Assembly (NCBI RefSeq): GCF_006345805.1
Contig: NC_042998.1
Span: forward strand, 206,150,001-206,214,000
DNA from: Octopus sinensis
Taxonomy: Eukaryota
DNA length: 64,000 nucleotides
Reading direction: 5' to 3'
The notes under the pieces were generated by a model. It ran no database searches. It was not told the DNA's origin and saw only the letters and a program-made list of their open reading frames with translations. Numbering within the stretch: the stretch's first letter is position 1; the number at the start of each line of letters is the position of its first letter. Below are positions 24,539 to 38,360 of this stretch, one piece after another. The position numbers and the translations under genes were made by a program.

Positions 24539-27500
24539 CCGTTTAGACTTGTCTCAGTTCATAGCCACTCTGTTTTTTTCAATTTTTCGTGTAGTATTGT
24601 CCTCCCGATTCATACAAACCCATTTGCTAGCTCACGATTAACAGAACCTCTTTACTCAGCTACGGTGTATATTAGCTATCAATAATGATCTTCCCTCTGA
24701 TTTTTCTGATTTTCAAACCTATTATTAATGTTTATTTATCGACAATGTCGTCCCCAGTCAAATTCCCTCACAGCGTTTATTGTCACGTGTCCCTTGACCT
24801 CTCTCTCTAACTAACCCTTTCTCTCATCGCTATGTCCCCCCTCCCATAACCATCATCGCCATGGTCCTCTATGCCCCCCCTCCCCAAAACCATCATCGCC
24901 ATACATAAAAGAGCGATCGCATTTATCGTTAACCCAAATCGCTTCAAAATATCTAAAGAATACGCACAGATCATGAATGGCTAAAAGTTAAGTGAATCGT
25001 CCAACCTCGCTACGACTACCTTCTTTCTTGCACTTATCCTTATTCTTTCTCTATTCTTCAATTTCCATCTCATTGTATTGTCATCATTCTTTCAGTATTC
25101 CCTCATTACCCTGTCTGCTCCTCAAACATTTTTTTTCGTTTAGACTTGTCTCCAGGTTCATAGCCACTCTGATTTTTCAATTTTTCAATTTTTCGTTTAG
25201 TATTGTCTCCCGATTCATACAACCATTTGCTAGCTCACGATCAACAGAACCTCTTTACTCAGCTACGGTGTTATATTAGCTATCAATAATGATATTCCCT
25301 CTGATTTTTCTGATTTTCAAACCTATTTATTTAATCTATGTTTATTTATCGAAATGTCGTCCCCAGTCAAATCCCTCACCACCGCTTATTGTCACGTGTC
25401 CCTTGACCTCTCTCTCTAACTAACCTATCTCTCTCTCGCTATGTCCCCCCTTCCCATAACCATCATCGCCATGGTCCTCTATGCCCCCCCCCCTCCCCAA
25501 AACCATCATCGCCATACATAAAAGAGCGATCGCATTTATCGTTAACCCAAATCGCTTCAAAATATCTAAAGAATACGCACAGATCATGAATGGCTAAAGT
25601 AAGTGAAATCGTCCAACCTCGCTACGACTACCTTCTTTCTTGCACTTATCCTTATTCTTTCTCTATTCTTCAATTTCCATCTCATTGTATTGTCCCTCAT
25701 TCTTTCAGTATTCCCTTATTACCCTGTCTAGCTCAAACATTTTTTTTTTTTTTTTTTTTTTTTCGTTTAGATTGTCTCCAGGTTCATAGCCACTCTGATT
25801 TTTCAATTTTTCAATTTCGTTTAGTATTGTCTCCCCATTCATACAAACATTTGCTAGCTCACGATCAACAGAACCTCTTTACTCAGCTACGGTGTTATAT
25901 TAGCTATCAATAATGATATTCCCTCTGATTTTTCTGATTTTCAAACCTATTTATCTAATGTTTATTTATCGACAATGTCGTCCCCAGTCAAATTCCCTCA
26001 CACCGCTTATTGTCACGTGTCCCTTGACCTCTCTCTCTAACTAACCCTATCTCTCTCTCGCTATGCCCCCCCTCCCCAAAACCATCATCGCCATACATAA
26101 AAGAGCGATCGCATTTATCGTTAACCCCACTCGCTTCAAAATATCTAAAGAATACGCACAGATCATGAATGGCTAAAAGTTAAGTGAATCGTCCAACCTC
26201 GCTACGACTACCTTCTTTCTTGCACTTATCCTTATTCTTCTCATTCTTCAATTTCCATCTCATTGTATTGTCCCTCATTCTTTCAGTATTCCCTCATTAC
26301 CCCCTGTCTAGCTCTAAAACATTTTTTTTTTTTTTTTTTTTTTCGTTTAGACTTGTCTCCAGGTTCATAGCCACTCTGATTTTTCAATTTTTCAATTTTT
26401 CGTTTAGTATTGTCTCCCGATTCATACAAACCATTTGCTAGCTCACGATCAACAGAACCTCTTTACTCAGCTACGGTGTTTATTAGCTATCAATAATGAT
26501 ATTCCCTCTGATTTTTCTGATTTTCAAACCTATTTATCTAATGTTTATTTATCGACAATGTCGTCCTCAGTCAAATTCCCTCACACCGCTTATTGTCACG
26601 TGTCCCTTGACCTCTCTCTCTAACTAACCCTATCTCTCTCTCGCTATGTCCCCCCTTCCCATAACCATCATCGCCATGGTCCTCTATGCTCCCCCCTCCC
26701 CAAAACCATCGTCGCCATACATAAAAGAGCGATCGCATTTATCGTTAACCCCACTCGCTTCAAAATATCTAAAGAATACGCACAGATCATGAATGGCTAA
26801 AAGTTAAGTGAATCGTCCAACCTCGCTACGACTACCTTCTTTCTTGCACTTATCCTTATTCTTTCTCTATTCTTCAATTTACATCTCATTGTATTGTCCC
26901 TCATTCTTTCAGTATTCCCTCATTAGCCTGTCTAGCTCAAACATTTTTTTTTTTTTTTTTTTTTTTTTTCGTTTAGACTTGTCTCCAGGTTCATAGCCAC
27001 TCTGAGTTTTCAATTTTTCAATTTTTCGTTTAGTATTGTCTCCCGATTCATACAACCCATTTGCTAGCTCACGATCAACAGAACCTCTTTACTCAGCTAC
27101 GGTGTTATATTAGCTATCAATAATGATTCCCTCTGATTTTTCTGATTTTCAAACCTATTTATCTAATGTTTATTTATCGACAATGTCGTCCCCAGTCAAA
27201 TTCCCTCACACCGCTTATTGTCACATGTCCCTTGACCTCTCTCTCTAACTAACCCTCGCATTTATCGTTAACCCCGCATCGCTTCAAAATATCTAAAGAA
27301 TACGCACAGATCATGAATGGCTAAAAGTTAAGTGAATCGTCCAACCTCGCTACGACTACCTTCTTTCTTGCACTTATCCTTATTCTTTCTCTATTCTTCA
27401 ATTTCCATCTCATTGTATTGTCACTCATTCTTTCAGTATTCCCTCATTACCCTGTCTAGCTCAAACATTTTTTTTTCGTTTAGACTTGTCTCCAGGTTCA

Positions 27501-30500
27501 TAGCCACTCTGATTTTTCAATTTTTCGTTTAGTATTGTCTCCCGATTCATACAACCCATTTGCTAGCTCACGATCAACAGAACCTCTTTACTCAGCTACG
27601 GTGTTATATTAGCTATCAATAATGATATTCCCTCTGATTTTTCTGATTTTCAAACCTAGTTATCTAATGTTTATTTATCGACAATGTCGTCCCCAGTCAA
27701 ATTCCCTCACACCGCTTATTGTCACATGTACCTTGACCTCTCTCTCTAACTAACCCTATCTCTCTCTCGCTATGTCCCCCCTTCCCATAACCATCATCGC
27801 CATGGTCCTCTATGCCCCCCCTCCCCAAAACCATCATCGCCATACATAAAAGAGCGATCGCATTTATCGTTAACCCCACTCGCTTCAAAATATCTAAAGA
27901 ATACGCACAGATCATGAATGGCTAAAAGTTAAGTGAATCGTCCAACCTCGCTACGACTACCTTCTTTCTTGCACTTATCCTTATTCTTTCTCTATTCTTC
28001 AATTTCCATCTCATTGTATTGTCCCTCATTCTTTCAGTATTCCCTCATTACCCTGTCTAGCTCCAACATTTTTTTTTTTTTTTTTTTTTTTTCCGTTTAG
28101 ACTTGTCTCCAGGTTCATAGCCACTCTGATTTTTCAATCTTTCAATTTTTCGTTTAGTATTGTCTCCCGATTCATACAAACCCATTTGCTAGCTCACGAT
28201 CAACAGAACCTCTTTACTCAGCTACGGTGTTATATTAGCTATCAATAATGATATTCCCTCTGATTTTTCTGATGTTCAAACCTATTTATCTAATGTTTAT
28301 TTATGGACAATGTCGTCCCCAGTCAAATTCCCTCAACCGCTTATTGTCATAGTCCCTTGACCTCTCTCTCTAACTAAACTCGCATTTATCGTTAACCCCA
28401 CTCGCTTCAAAATATCTAAAGAATACGCACAGATCATGAATGGCTAAAAGTTAAGTGAATCGTCCAACCTCGCTACGACTACCTTCTTTCTTGCACTTAT
28501 CCTTATTCTTTCTCTATTCTTCAATTTCCATCTCATTGTATTGTCCCTCATTCTTTCAGTATTCCCTCATTACCCTGTCTAGCTCAAACCTTTTTTTTTC
28601 TTTCGTTTAGACTTGTCTCCAGGTTCATAGCCACTCTGATTTTTCAATTTTTCAATTTTTCGTTTAGTATTGTCTCCCGATTCATACAAACCCATTTGCT
28701 AGCTCACGATCAACAGAACCTCTTTACTCAGCTACGGTGTTATATTAGCTATCAATAATGATATTCCCTCTGATTTTTCTGATTTTGAAACCTATTTATC
28801 TAATGTTTATTTATCGACAATGTCGTCCCCAGTCAAATTCCCTCACACCGCTTATTGTCACATGTCCCTTGACCTCTCTCTCTAACTAACCCTCGCATTT
28901 ATCGTTAACCCCACTCGCTTCAAAATATCTAAAGAATACGCACAGATCATGAATGGCTAAAAGTTAAGTGAATCGTCCAACCTCGCTACGACTACCTTCT
29001 TTCTTGCACTTATCCTTATTCTTTCTCTATTCTTCAATTTCCATCTCATTGTATTGTCACTCATTCTTTCAGTATTCCCTCATTACCCTGTCTAGCTCAA
29101 ACATTTTTTTTTTTTTTTTTCGTTTAGACTTGTCTCCAGGTTCATAGCCACTCTGATTTTTCAATTTTTCGTTTAGTATTGTCTCCCGATTCATACAACC
29201 CATTTGCTAGCTCACGATTAACAGAACCTCTTTACTCAGCTACGGTGTTATATTAGCTATCAATAATGATATTCCCTCTGATTTTTCTGATTTTGAAACC
29301 TATTTATCTAATGTTTATTTATCGACAATGTCGTCCCCAGTCAAATTCCCTCACACCGCTTATTGTCACGTGTCCCTTGACCTCTCTCTCTAACTAACCC
29401 TATCTCTCTCTCGCTATGTCCCCCCTTCCCATAACCATCATCGCCATGGTCCTCTAAGCCCACCCCTCCCCAAAACCATCATCGCCATACATAAAAGAGC
29501 GATCGCATTTATCGTTAACCCCACTCGCTTCAAAATATCTAAAGAATACGCACAGATCATGAATGGCTAAAAGTTAAGTGAATCGTCCAACCTCGCTACG
29601 ACTACCTTCTTTCTTGCACTTATCCTTATTCTTTCTCTATTCTTCAATTTCCATCTCATTGTATTGTCCCTCATTCTTTCAGTATTCCCTCATTACCCTG
29701 TCTAGCTCAAACATTTTTTTTTTTTTTTTTTTTTTCGTTTAGACTTGTCTCCAGGTTCATAGCCACTCTGATTTTTCAATTTTTCAATTTTTCGTTTAGT
29801 ATTGTCTCCCGATTCATACAAACCCATTTGCTAGCTCACGATCAACAGAACCTCTTTACTCAGCTACGGTGTTATATTAGCTATCAATAATGATATTCCC
29901 TCTGATTTTTCTGATTTTCAAACCTACTTATCTAATGTTTATTTATCGACAATGTCGTCCCCAGTCAAATTCCCTCACACCGCTTATTGTCACGTGTCCC
30001 TTGACCTCTCTCTCTAACTAACCCTCGCATTTATCGTTAACCCCACTCGCTTCAAAATATCTAAAGAATACGCACAGATCATGAATGGCTAAAAGTTAAG
30101 TGAATCGTCCAACCTCGCTACGACTACCTTCTTTCTTGCACTTATCCTTATTCTTTCTCTATTCTTCAATTTCCATCTCATTGTATTGTCACTCATTCTT
30201 TCAGTATTCCCTCATTACCCTGTCTAGCTCAAACATTTTTTTTTTCGTTTAGACTTGTCTCCAGGTTCATAGCCACTCTGATTTTTCAATTTTTCGTTTA
30301 GTATTGTCTCCCGATTCATACAACCCATTTGCTAGCTCACGATCAACAGAACCTCTTTACTCAGCTACAGTGTTATATTAGCTATCAATAATGATATTCC
30401 CTCTGATTTTTCTGATTTTCAACCTATTTATCTAATGTTTATTTATCGACAATGTCGTCCCCAGTCAAATTCCCTCACACCGCTTATTGTCACGTGTCCC

Positions 30501-33500
30501 TTGACTCTCTCTCTAACTAAATCTCTCTCTCGCTATGTCCCCCCTTCCCATAACCATCATCGCCAGTCCTCTATGCCCCCCCCTCCCCAAAACCATCATC
30601 GCCATACATAAAAGAGCGATCGCATTATGTTACCCACTCGCTTCAAAATATCTAAGAATACGCACAGATCATGAATGGCTAAAAGTTAAGTGAATCGTCC
30701 AACCTCGCTACGACTACCTTCTTTCTTGCACTTATCCTTATTCTTTCTCTATTCTTCAATTTCCATCTCATTGTATTGTCCCTCATTCTTTCAGTATTCC
30801 CTCATTACCCTGTCTAGCTCAACATTTTTTTTTTTTTTTTTTTTTTTTTCGTTTAGACTTGTCTCCAGGTTCATAGCCACTCTGATTTTTCAATTTTTTT
30901 TTTAGTATTGTCTCCCGATTCATACAAACCCATTTGCTAGCTCACGATCAACAGAACCTCTTTACTCAGCTACGGTGTTATATTAGCTATCAATAATGAT
31001 ATTCCCTCTGATTTTTCTGATTTTCAAACCTATTTATCTAATGTTTATTTATCGACAATGTCGTCCCCAGTCAAATCCCTCCCTCCCTCACACCGCTTAT
31101 TGTCACATGTCCCTTGACCTCTCTCTCTCTCTAACTACCAACCCTACAATCGCATTTATCGTTAACCCCACTCGCTTCAAAATATCTAAAGAATATGCAC
31201 AGATCATGAATGGCTAAAAGTTAAGTGAATCGTCCAACCTCGCTACGACTACTACCTTCTTTCTTGCACTTATCCTTATTCTTTCTCTATCTTCTTCAAT
31301 TTCCATCTCATTGTATTGTCCCTCATTCTTTCAGTATTCCCTCATTACCCTCTACTCAAACATTTTTTTTTTTTTTTTTTTTTTCGTTTAGACTTGTCTC
31401 CAGATTCATAGCCACTCTGATTTTTCAATTTTTCAATTTTTCGTTTAGTATTGTCTCCCGATTCATACAAACCCATTTGCTAGCTCACGATCACAGAACC
31501 TCTTTACTCAGCTACTGTTATATTAGCTATCAATAATGATATTCCCTCTGATTTTTCTGATTTTGAAACCTATTTATCTAATGTTTATTTATCGACAATG
31601 TCGTCCCCAGTCAAATTCCCTCACACCGCTTATTGTCACATGTCCCTTGACCTCTCTCTCTAACTAACCCTCGCATTTATCGTTAACCCCACTCGCTTCA
31701 AAATATCTAAAGAATACGCACAGATCATGAATGGCTAAAAGTTAAGTGAATCGTCCAACCTCGCTACGACTACCTTCTTTCTTGCACTTATCCTTATTCT
31801 TTCTCTATATTCTTCAATTTCCATCTCATTGTATTGTCACTCATTCTTCAGTATTCCCTCATTACCCTGTCTAGCTCAAACATTTTTTTTTTTTTTCGTT
31901 TAGACTTGTCTCCAGGTTCATAGCCACTCTGATTTTTCAATTTTTCGTTTAGTATTGTCTCCCGATTCATACAACCCATTTGCTAGCTCACGATTAACAG
32001 AACCTCTTTACTCAGCTACGGTGTTATATTAGCTATCAATAATGATATTCCCTCTGATTTTTCTGATTTTCAAACCTATTTATCTAATGTTTATTTATCG
32101 ACAATGTCGTCCCCAGTCAAATTCCTCACACCGCTTATTGTCACGTGTCCCTTGACCTCTCTCTAACTAACCTATCTCTCTCTAGCTATGTCCCCCCTTC
32201 CCAACCATCATCGCATGGTCCTCTATGCCCCCCCCTCCCCAAAACCATCATCGCCATACATAAAAGAGCGATCGCATTTATCGTAACCCACTCGCTTCAA
32301 AATATCTAAAGAATACGCACAGATCATGAATGCCTAAAAGTTAAGTGAATCATCCAACCTCGCTACGACTACCTTCTTTCTTGCACTTATCCTTATTCTT
32401 TCTCTATTCTTCAATTTCCATCTCATTGTATTGTCCCTCATTCTTTCAGTATTCCCTCATTACCCTGTCTAGCTCAAATATTTTTTTTTCGTTTAGACTT
32501 GTCTCCAGGTTCATAGCCACTCTGATTTTTCAATTTTTCGTTTAGTATTGTCTCCCGATTCATACAAACCCATTTGCTAGCTCACGATCAACAGAACCTC
32601 TTTACTCAGCTACGGTGTTATATTAGCTATCAATAATGATATTCCCTCTGATTTTTCTGATTTTCAAACCTATTTATCTAATGTTTATTTATCGACAATG
32701 TCGTCCCCAGTCAAATTCCCTCACACAGCTTATTGTCACATGTCCCTTGACCTCTCTCTCTAACTAACCCTCGCATTTATCGTTAACCCCACTCGCTTCA
32801 AAATATCTAAAGAATACGCACAGATCATGAATGGCTAAAAGTTAAGTGAATCGTCCAACCTCGCTACGACTACCTTCTTTCTTGCACTTATCCTTATTCT
32901 TTTCTATTCTTCAATTTCCATCTCATTGTATTGTCCCTCATTCTTTCAGTATTCCCTCATTACCCTGTCTAGCTGAAACATTTTTTTTTTTTTTTCGTTT
33001 AGACTCGTCTCCAGGTTCATAGCCACTCTGATTTTTCAATTTTTCAATTTTTCGTTTAGTATTGTCTCCCGATTCATACAAACCCATTTGCTAGCTCACG
33101 ATCAACAGAACCTCTTTACTCAGCTACGGTGTTATATTAGCTATCAATAATGATATTCCCTCTGATTTTTCTGATTTTGAAACCTATTTATCTAATGTTT
33201 ATTTATCGACAATGTCGTCCCCAGTCAAATTCCCTCACACCCTTATTGTCACTGTCCCTTGACCTCTCTCTCTAACTAACCCTCGCATTATCGTAACCCC
33301 ACTCGCTTCAAAATATCTAAAGAATACGCACAGATCATGAATGGCTAAAAGTTAAGTGAATCGTCCAACCTCGCTACGACTACCTTCTTTCTTGCACTTA
33401 TCCTTATTCTTTCTCTATTCTTCAATTTCCATCTCATTGTATTGTCACTCATTCTTTCAGTATTCCCTCATTACCCTGTCTAGCTCAAACATTTTTTTTC

Positions 33501-34440
33501 GTTTAGACTTGTCTCCAGGTTCATAGCCACTCTGATTTTTCAATTTTTCGTTTAGTATTGTCTCCCGATTCATACAAACCTATTTGCTAGCTCACGATTA
33601 ACAGAACCTCTTTACTCAGCTACGGTGTTATATTAGCTATCAATAATGATATTCCCTCTGATTTTTCTGATTTTCAAACCTATTTATCTAATGTTTATTT
33701 ATCGACAATGTCGTCCCCAGTCAAATTCCCTCACACCGCTTATTGTCACGTGTCCCTTGACCTCTCTCTCTAACTAACCCTATCTCTCTCTCGCTATGCC
33801 CCCCCTCCCCAAAACCATCATCGCCATACATAAAAGAGCGATCGCATTTATCGTTAACCCCACTCGCTTCAAAATATCTAAAGAATACGCACAGATCATG
33901 AATGGCTAAAAGTTAAGTGAATCGTCCAACCTCGCTACGACTACCTTCTTTCTTGCACTTATCCTTATTCTTTCTCTATTCTTCAATTTCCATCTCATTG
34001 TATTGTCCCTCATTCTTTCAGTATTCCCTCATTACCCTGTCTAGCTCAAACATTTTTTTTTTTTTTTCGTTTAGACTTGTCTCCAGGTTCATAGCCACTC
34101 TGATTTTTCAATTTTTCAATTTTTCGTTTAGTATTGTCTCCCGATTCATACAAACCCATTTGCTAGCTCACGATCAACAGAACCTCTTTACTCAGCTACG
34201 GTGTTATATTAGCTATCAATAATGATATTTCCTCTGATTTTTCTGATTTTGAAACCTATTTATCTAATGTTTATTTATCGACAATGTCGTCCCCAGTCAA
34301 ATTCCCTCACACCGCTTATTGTCACATGTCCCTTGACCTCTCTCTCTAACTCTCTAACATTTTTTTTAGTATTGTCTCCCGATTCATACAAACCCATTTG
34401 CTAGCTCACGATTAACAGAACCTCTTTACTCAGCTACGGT
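24312..34440. repeat. Tandem satellite array, ~18 units of 500-625 bp
   Basis: Marker GTGAATCGTCCAACC at ~24369, 24992, 25603, 26184, 26808, 27332, 27933, 28455, 28968, 29578, 30100, 30690, 31225, 31746, 32345, 32846, 33356, 33917. Confidence 0.97.
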
Positions 34441-37400
34441 GCACCCGCCCTCCACCCCCACCACGCATGCCGGAAGTTCCTATTCTCTTCCATTCCGGGG
34501 TTGCTTCCCATGAAGACTGCAAATGCTTTCACCATCCATACCCCTCCCTACCCCTAGTCTCGACCTATGTAAGGTAATGTTCATACAGTGCAAAATATGA
34601 AAGGCTAGCGTTATGCAGGTTGTACTGAAGGCTACTTTACTACTTCATTTCTTGCACATGAATTCTGCCAAATGCGAGCTTTCTTTTCAGGTACACGAAG
34701 CTACTGTCCACCGTCCCAGGGTCTCTAGAGCCCATGCCTTCCACACCCTCAGGGTTGGCACCCTCAGTGTTGGCACTCTGAAAGGTAGGTCTGGTGAGAT
34801 AGTCGAGATGCTTGAACGGAGATGTGTGGATATATGTTGCATGCAAGAAATAAGGTGGAGAGGAGGATCAGCTAGGTTCCTCACAGGCAAGGAACGCAGG
34901 TACAAGATTTTCTGGGCAGGGAACACTGACGGGGTGGTGGCGTGGGTATACTTATCGCTGAGAAATGGGTAGATAAAGTAATTGAGGTAATCAGAGTAAG
35001 TGACAGAATACTTAAGATTAGATTAGTGCTTCATCATAGTTTAGCAACCATTATATCAGCCTATGCTCCTCAGTCGGGGCTACCCGATGGACAGAAAGAC
35101 CGATTCTATGACACTCTACTGCAGACTACCTCATTGACGAACGACAGAGACCTTTTCAATGGTCACGTTGGACGACATGCTGGGGGCTTCCATGGCGTAC
35201 ATGGAGGCTATGGCTATGGCTCCCGCAACGAGGAGGGAACCAGGCTGCTGGAGTTCTGCGATGCAAATAATCTTATGATTTGCAACACTAACTTCAGGAA
35301 ACTTACCAGCCACCTAGTCACTTACCAATCGGGCCAACATACCAGCCAAATTGACTACATCCTTACAAGGCAAAGGGAGAGATGGCTGCTTATAAATGCC
35401 AAAACCTTCCCAGGTGAAGAATGTACCCACAACATAGACTGGTAGTTAGTGACTTTAGGATCAGGACTAGGAGGACAACCAGAAGACGACAAATATGGAG
35501 AAGAAGGATCTGGAAGCTTAAAGATCCTGCAAATGGACAGAGATTTAGGGACATATTACTTGAAGCCTCTGACGAAGTAGAAGGGGATAGAGCATCACAG
35601 GGGTAGAAGACAGCTGGACGTTTCTAAGGGACAACCTGCTGAGAGCCACTGACCAGATCTGTGGCTGGTGCAAAGTCCCCTCTCGACCTAGAATAACGTG
35701 GTGGTGGAACAATATTGTAGACAGGGCTATTAGAGAAAAGAGACAGGCTTGGAAGGTCTGGAAAAATGGGGGTAGCAGGGAATTGTATCAGACTGCCAAA
35801 AGAGAAGCTAGGAGACAGGTTTATTTAGCCAGAGGGGAAGCAGATAAGAAAAAATTTGCCAATGTTCTGCGCCGTGAGGACCAAAGACTGGAGGTGTTTG
35901 TGTTGCAAGACAGTGTGTGAGAGAGAATCGTGATGTGGTAGGAGAGAAGTGTGTTCGCATGGAAGATGGTTCACTTGCGCTAAATGAGGATGCGAAGAGA
36001 GAGGTTTGGAGATGCCACTATGAAAGGTTGCTGAATGAAGAAAATGAATGGGATAAAGAGAGTCTGCCGAATGTTGACCCAACAGAGGGACCAGCTATCC
36101 GAGTTGATAGTTCTGTGGTAGCTAAGGCAATTAGAAGCAAAAACAGGGAAAGCCCCAGGCCCATCAGGAATCACTGCAGAGATGCTCAAAATGTCTGGTA
36201 GTGTCGGCTATAGCCTAGTCACCCATATAGTTAATCAGGTGATACACAAAGGGGTCATACCCAATGACTGGTGTAGCAGTATAATAGTCAACTGCTACAA
36301 AGGTAAAGGTGATGCCCTAGATACAAATAACTACAGAGGTATCAAGCTGTTGGACCAGGTGATGAAGGTTACGGAGAGGGTCATAGCCCAACTAATTAGA
36401 GAGAGAGTTAGTTTAGATGAGATGCAGTTTGGGTTTGTGCCAGGGAAAAGTACTACTGATGCTATATTCCTGGTAAGGCAGCTGCAGGAGAAATACCTAG
36501 CCAAAGATAAGCCCCTGTACCTGGCTTTTGTTGACATGGAGAAAGCCTTCGACAGGGTCCCCCGATCCCTTATCTGGTGGGCAATGAGAAAACTAGGGAT
36601 AGATGAATGGTTAGTGAGAGCTGTGCGGGCCATGTATAGGGACGCTGCTAGTAGGGTGAGGGTTGGAAATGAGTACAGTGAAGAATTCCGGGTAGAGGTA
36701 GGGGTCCACCAAGGCTCAGTACTCAGCCCCCTCCTATTTATCATAGTCCTCCAGGCAATAACGGAGGAATTCAAGACAGGATGCCCTTGGGAGCTCCTCT
36801 ATGCTGATGACCTTGCTCTAATTGCTGAGTCGCTATCAGAACTGGAGGAGAAGTTTCAGGTGTGGAAACAAGGATTAGAATCGAAGGGCCTCAGAGTCAA
36901 TCTAGCTAAAACCAAAGTCGTAATCAGTAGGAAGGTAGACAAATCAAAACACCTTCAGGTAGATGGCCCTGCTCGATCTGTAGAAAAGGTGTAGGTAGAA
37001 ACTCTATAAGATGCACCAAGTGTAAGCTATGGACACATAAGAGATGCAGCAATGTCAAAGGAAGGCTAACTAGGAAGATGGTTTTTGTATGTGGCAGATG
37101 CTCAGGAACAATAAACACTGAAAATGCTCTGAGACCAACTTCCGTCACTTTCCAGGGAGAAAAACTAGAAATAGTTGATAGTTTCCGTTACCTAGGTGAC
37201 CAAGTCAGCAGCGGGGGCGGGTGTGCTGAAAGTGTAACTGCTAGAGTAAGAATAGCTTGGGCAAAGTTCAGAGAGCTCTTACCTCTGCTGGTGACAAAAG
37301 GCCTCTCGCACAGAGTGAAAGGCAGACTGTATGATGCGTGTGTACGAACAGCCATGCTACATGGCAGTGAAACATGGGCCGTGACTGCTGAGGATATGCG

Positions 37401-38360
37401 TAAGCTCGCTAGAAATGAAGCCAGTATGCTCCGATGGATGTGTAATGCCGGTACTCCACACTCGCAGAGTGTAAGTACCTTGAGAGAAAAGCTGGACCTA
37501 AGAAGCATCAGTTGTGGTGTGCAAGAGAGACGTTTGCGCTGGTATGGTCATGTGGCGAGAATGGATGAAGATAGTTGTGTGAAAAAGTGCCACACCCTAG
37601 CGGTTGAGGGAACCTGTGGAAGAGGCAGACCCAGGAAAACCTGGGACGAGGTGGTGAAGCACGACCTTCGAACTTTAGGTCTCACTGAGGAAATGACTAG
37701 AGACCGAGACCTCTGGAAGTGTGCTGTGCGCGAGAAGACCCGGCAGGACAAGTGAGTCCACAACCCGTGGCCTTCTACATGGGATGGAGCCAGCCTACGT
37801 ATGCATACCTTCCCTTCTTGGGACACAAAACTCTACTTGTGAAGACGTGTTGAGGCAAGTGAGGATCAGAATCGAAATCGATCAATGGAAATCGGATGTG
37901 CTACCAGTGCCGGTGGCATGTCGAAACTCTGCTTGTGAAGACCCATTGAGGCAAGTGAGGATCAGAATCGAAATCGATCAATGGAAATCGATCAATGGAA
38001 ATTGCAGATGTGTTACCAGTGCCGGTGGCATGTAAGAGAACTTTCCGTTTTGCGACCGTTGCCAGCACCGCCCCGTTTCGTGTCCGTTGCCAGCCTCGCC
38101 TGGCCCTCGTGCCGGTGGCACATAAAAAGCACCATCCGTTCGTGGCCGTTTGCCAGCTCTGTCTGGCACCAGTGCGGGTGGCACGTAAAAAGCACCCACT
38201 ACACTCACGGAGTGGTTGGCGTTAGGAAGGGCATCCAGCCGTAGAAACACTGCCAGATTTGACTGGGCCTGATGAAGCCTTCTGGCTTCACAGACCCCAG
38301 TAGAACCGTCCAACCCATGCTAGCATGGAAAACGGACGCTAAATGATGATGATGATGATG
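34441..38360 (+). mobile_element. Near full-length RTE LINE (APE, RT with PHD insert, 3' UTR, (GAT)n tail), inactivated by frameshifts
   Basis: TLRVGTLSVGTL..DICCMQEIRW (APE), ISAYAPQ, QIDYIL; RT NYRGIKLL, VDMEKAFDRVP, GVHQGSVLSP, YADDL, FRYLG; stop at 37755; tail 38342-38360. Confidence 0.95.

Noticed and set aside
24369-34404. Repeated ORFs MNRPTSLRLPSFLHLS.. as a tandem gene family or exon array
   Set aside because: They start at GTG, the frame is broken at random by the variable T-run, and there is no domain similarity. Acceptor-like TTTAG/CTCCAG sites have no convincing partner donors.
34441-34530. HDV-like ribozyme at the RTE 5' end
   Set aside because: A CCGGAA/TTCCGG hairpin and a GCAAATG segment are present, but I could not close the P1/P2 nested pseudoknot. 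An RNArobo or Infernal search would be needed.
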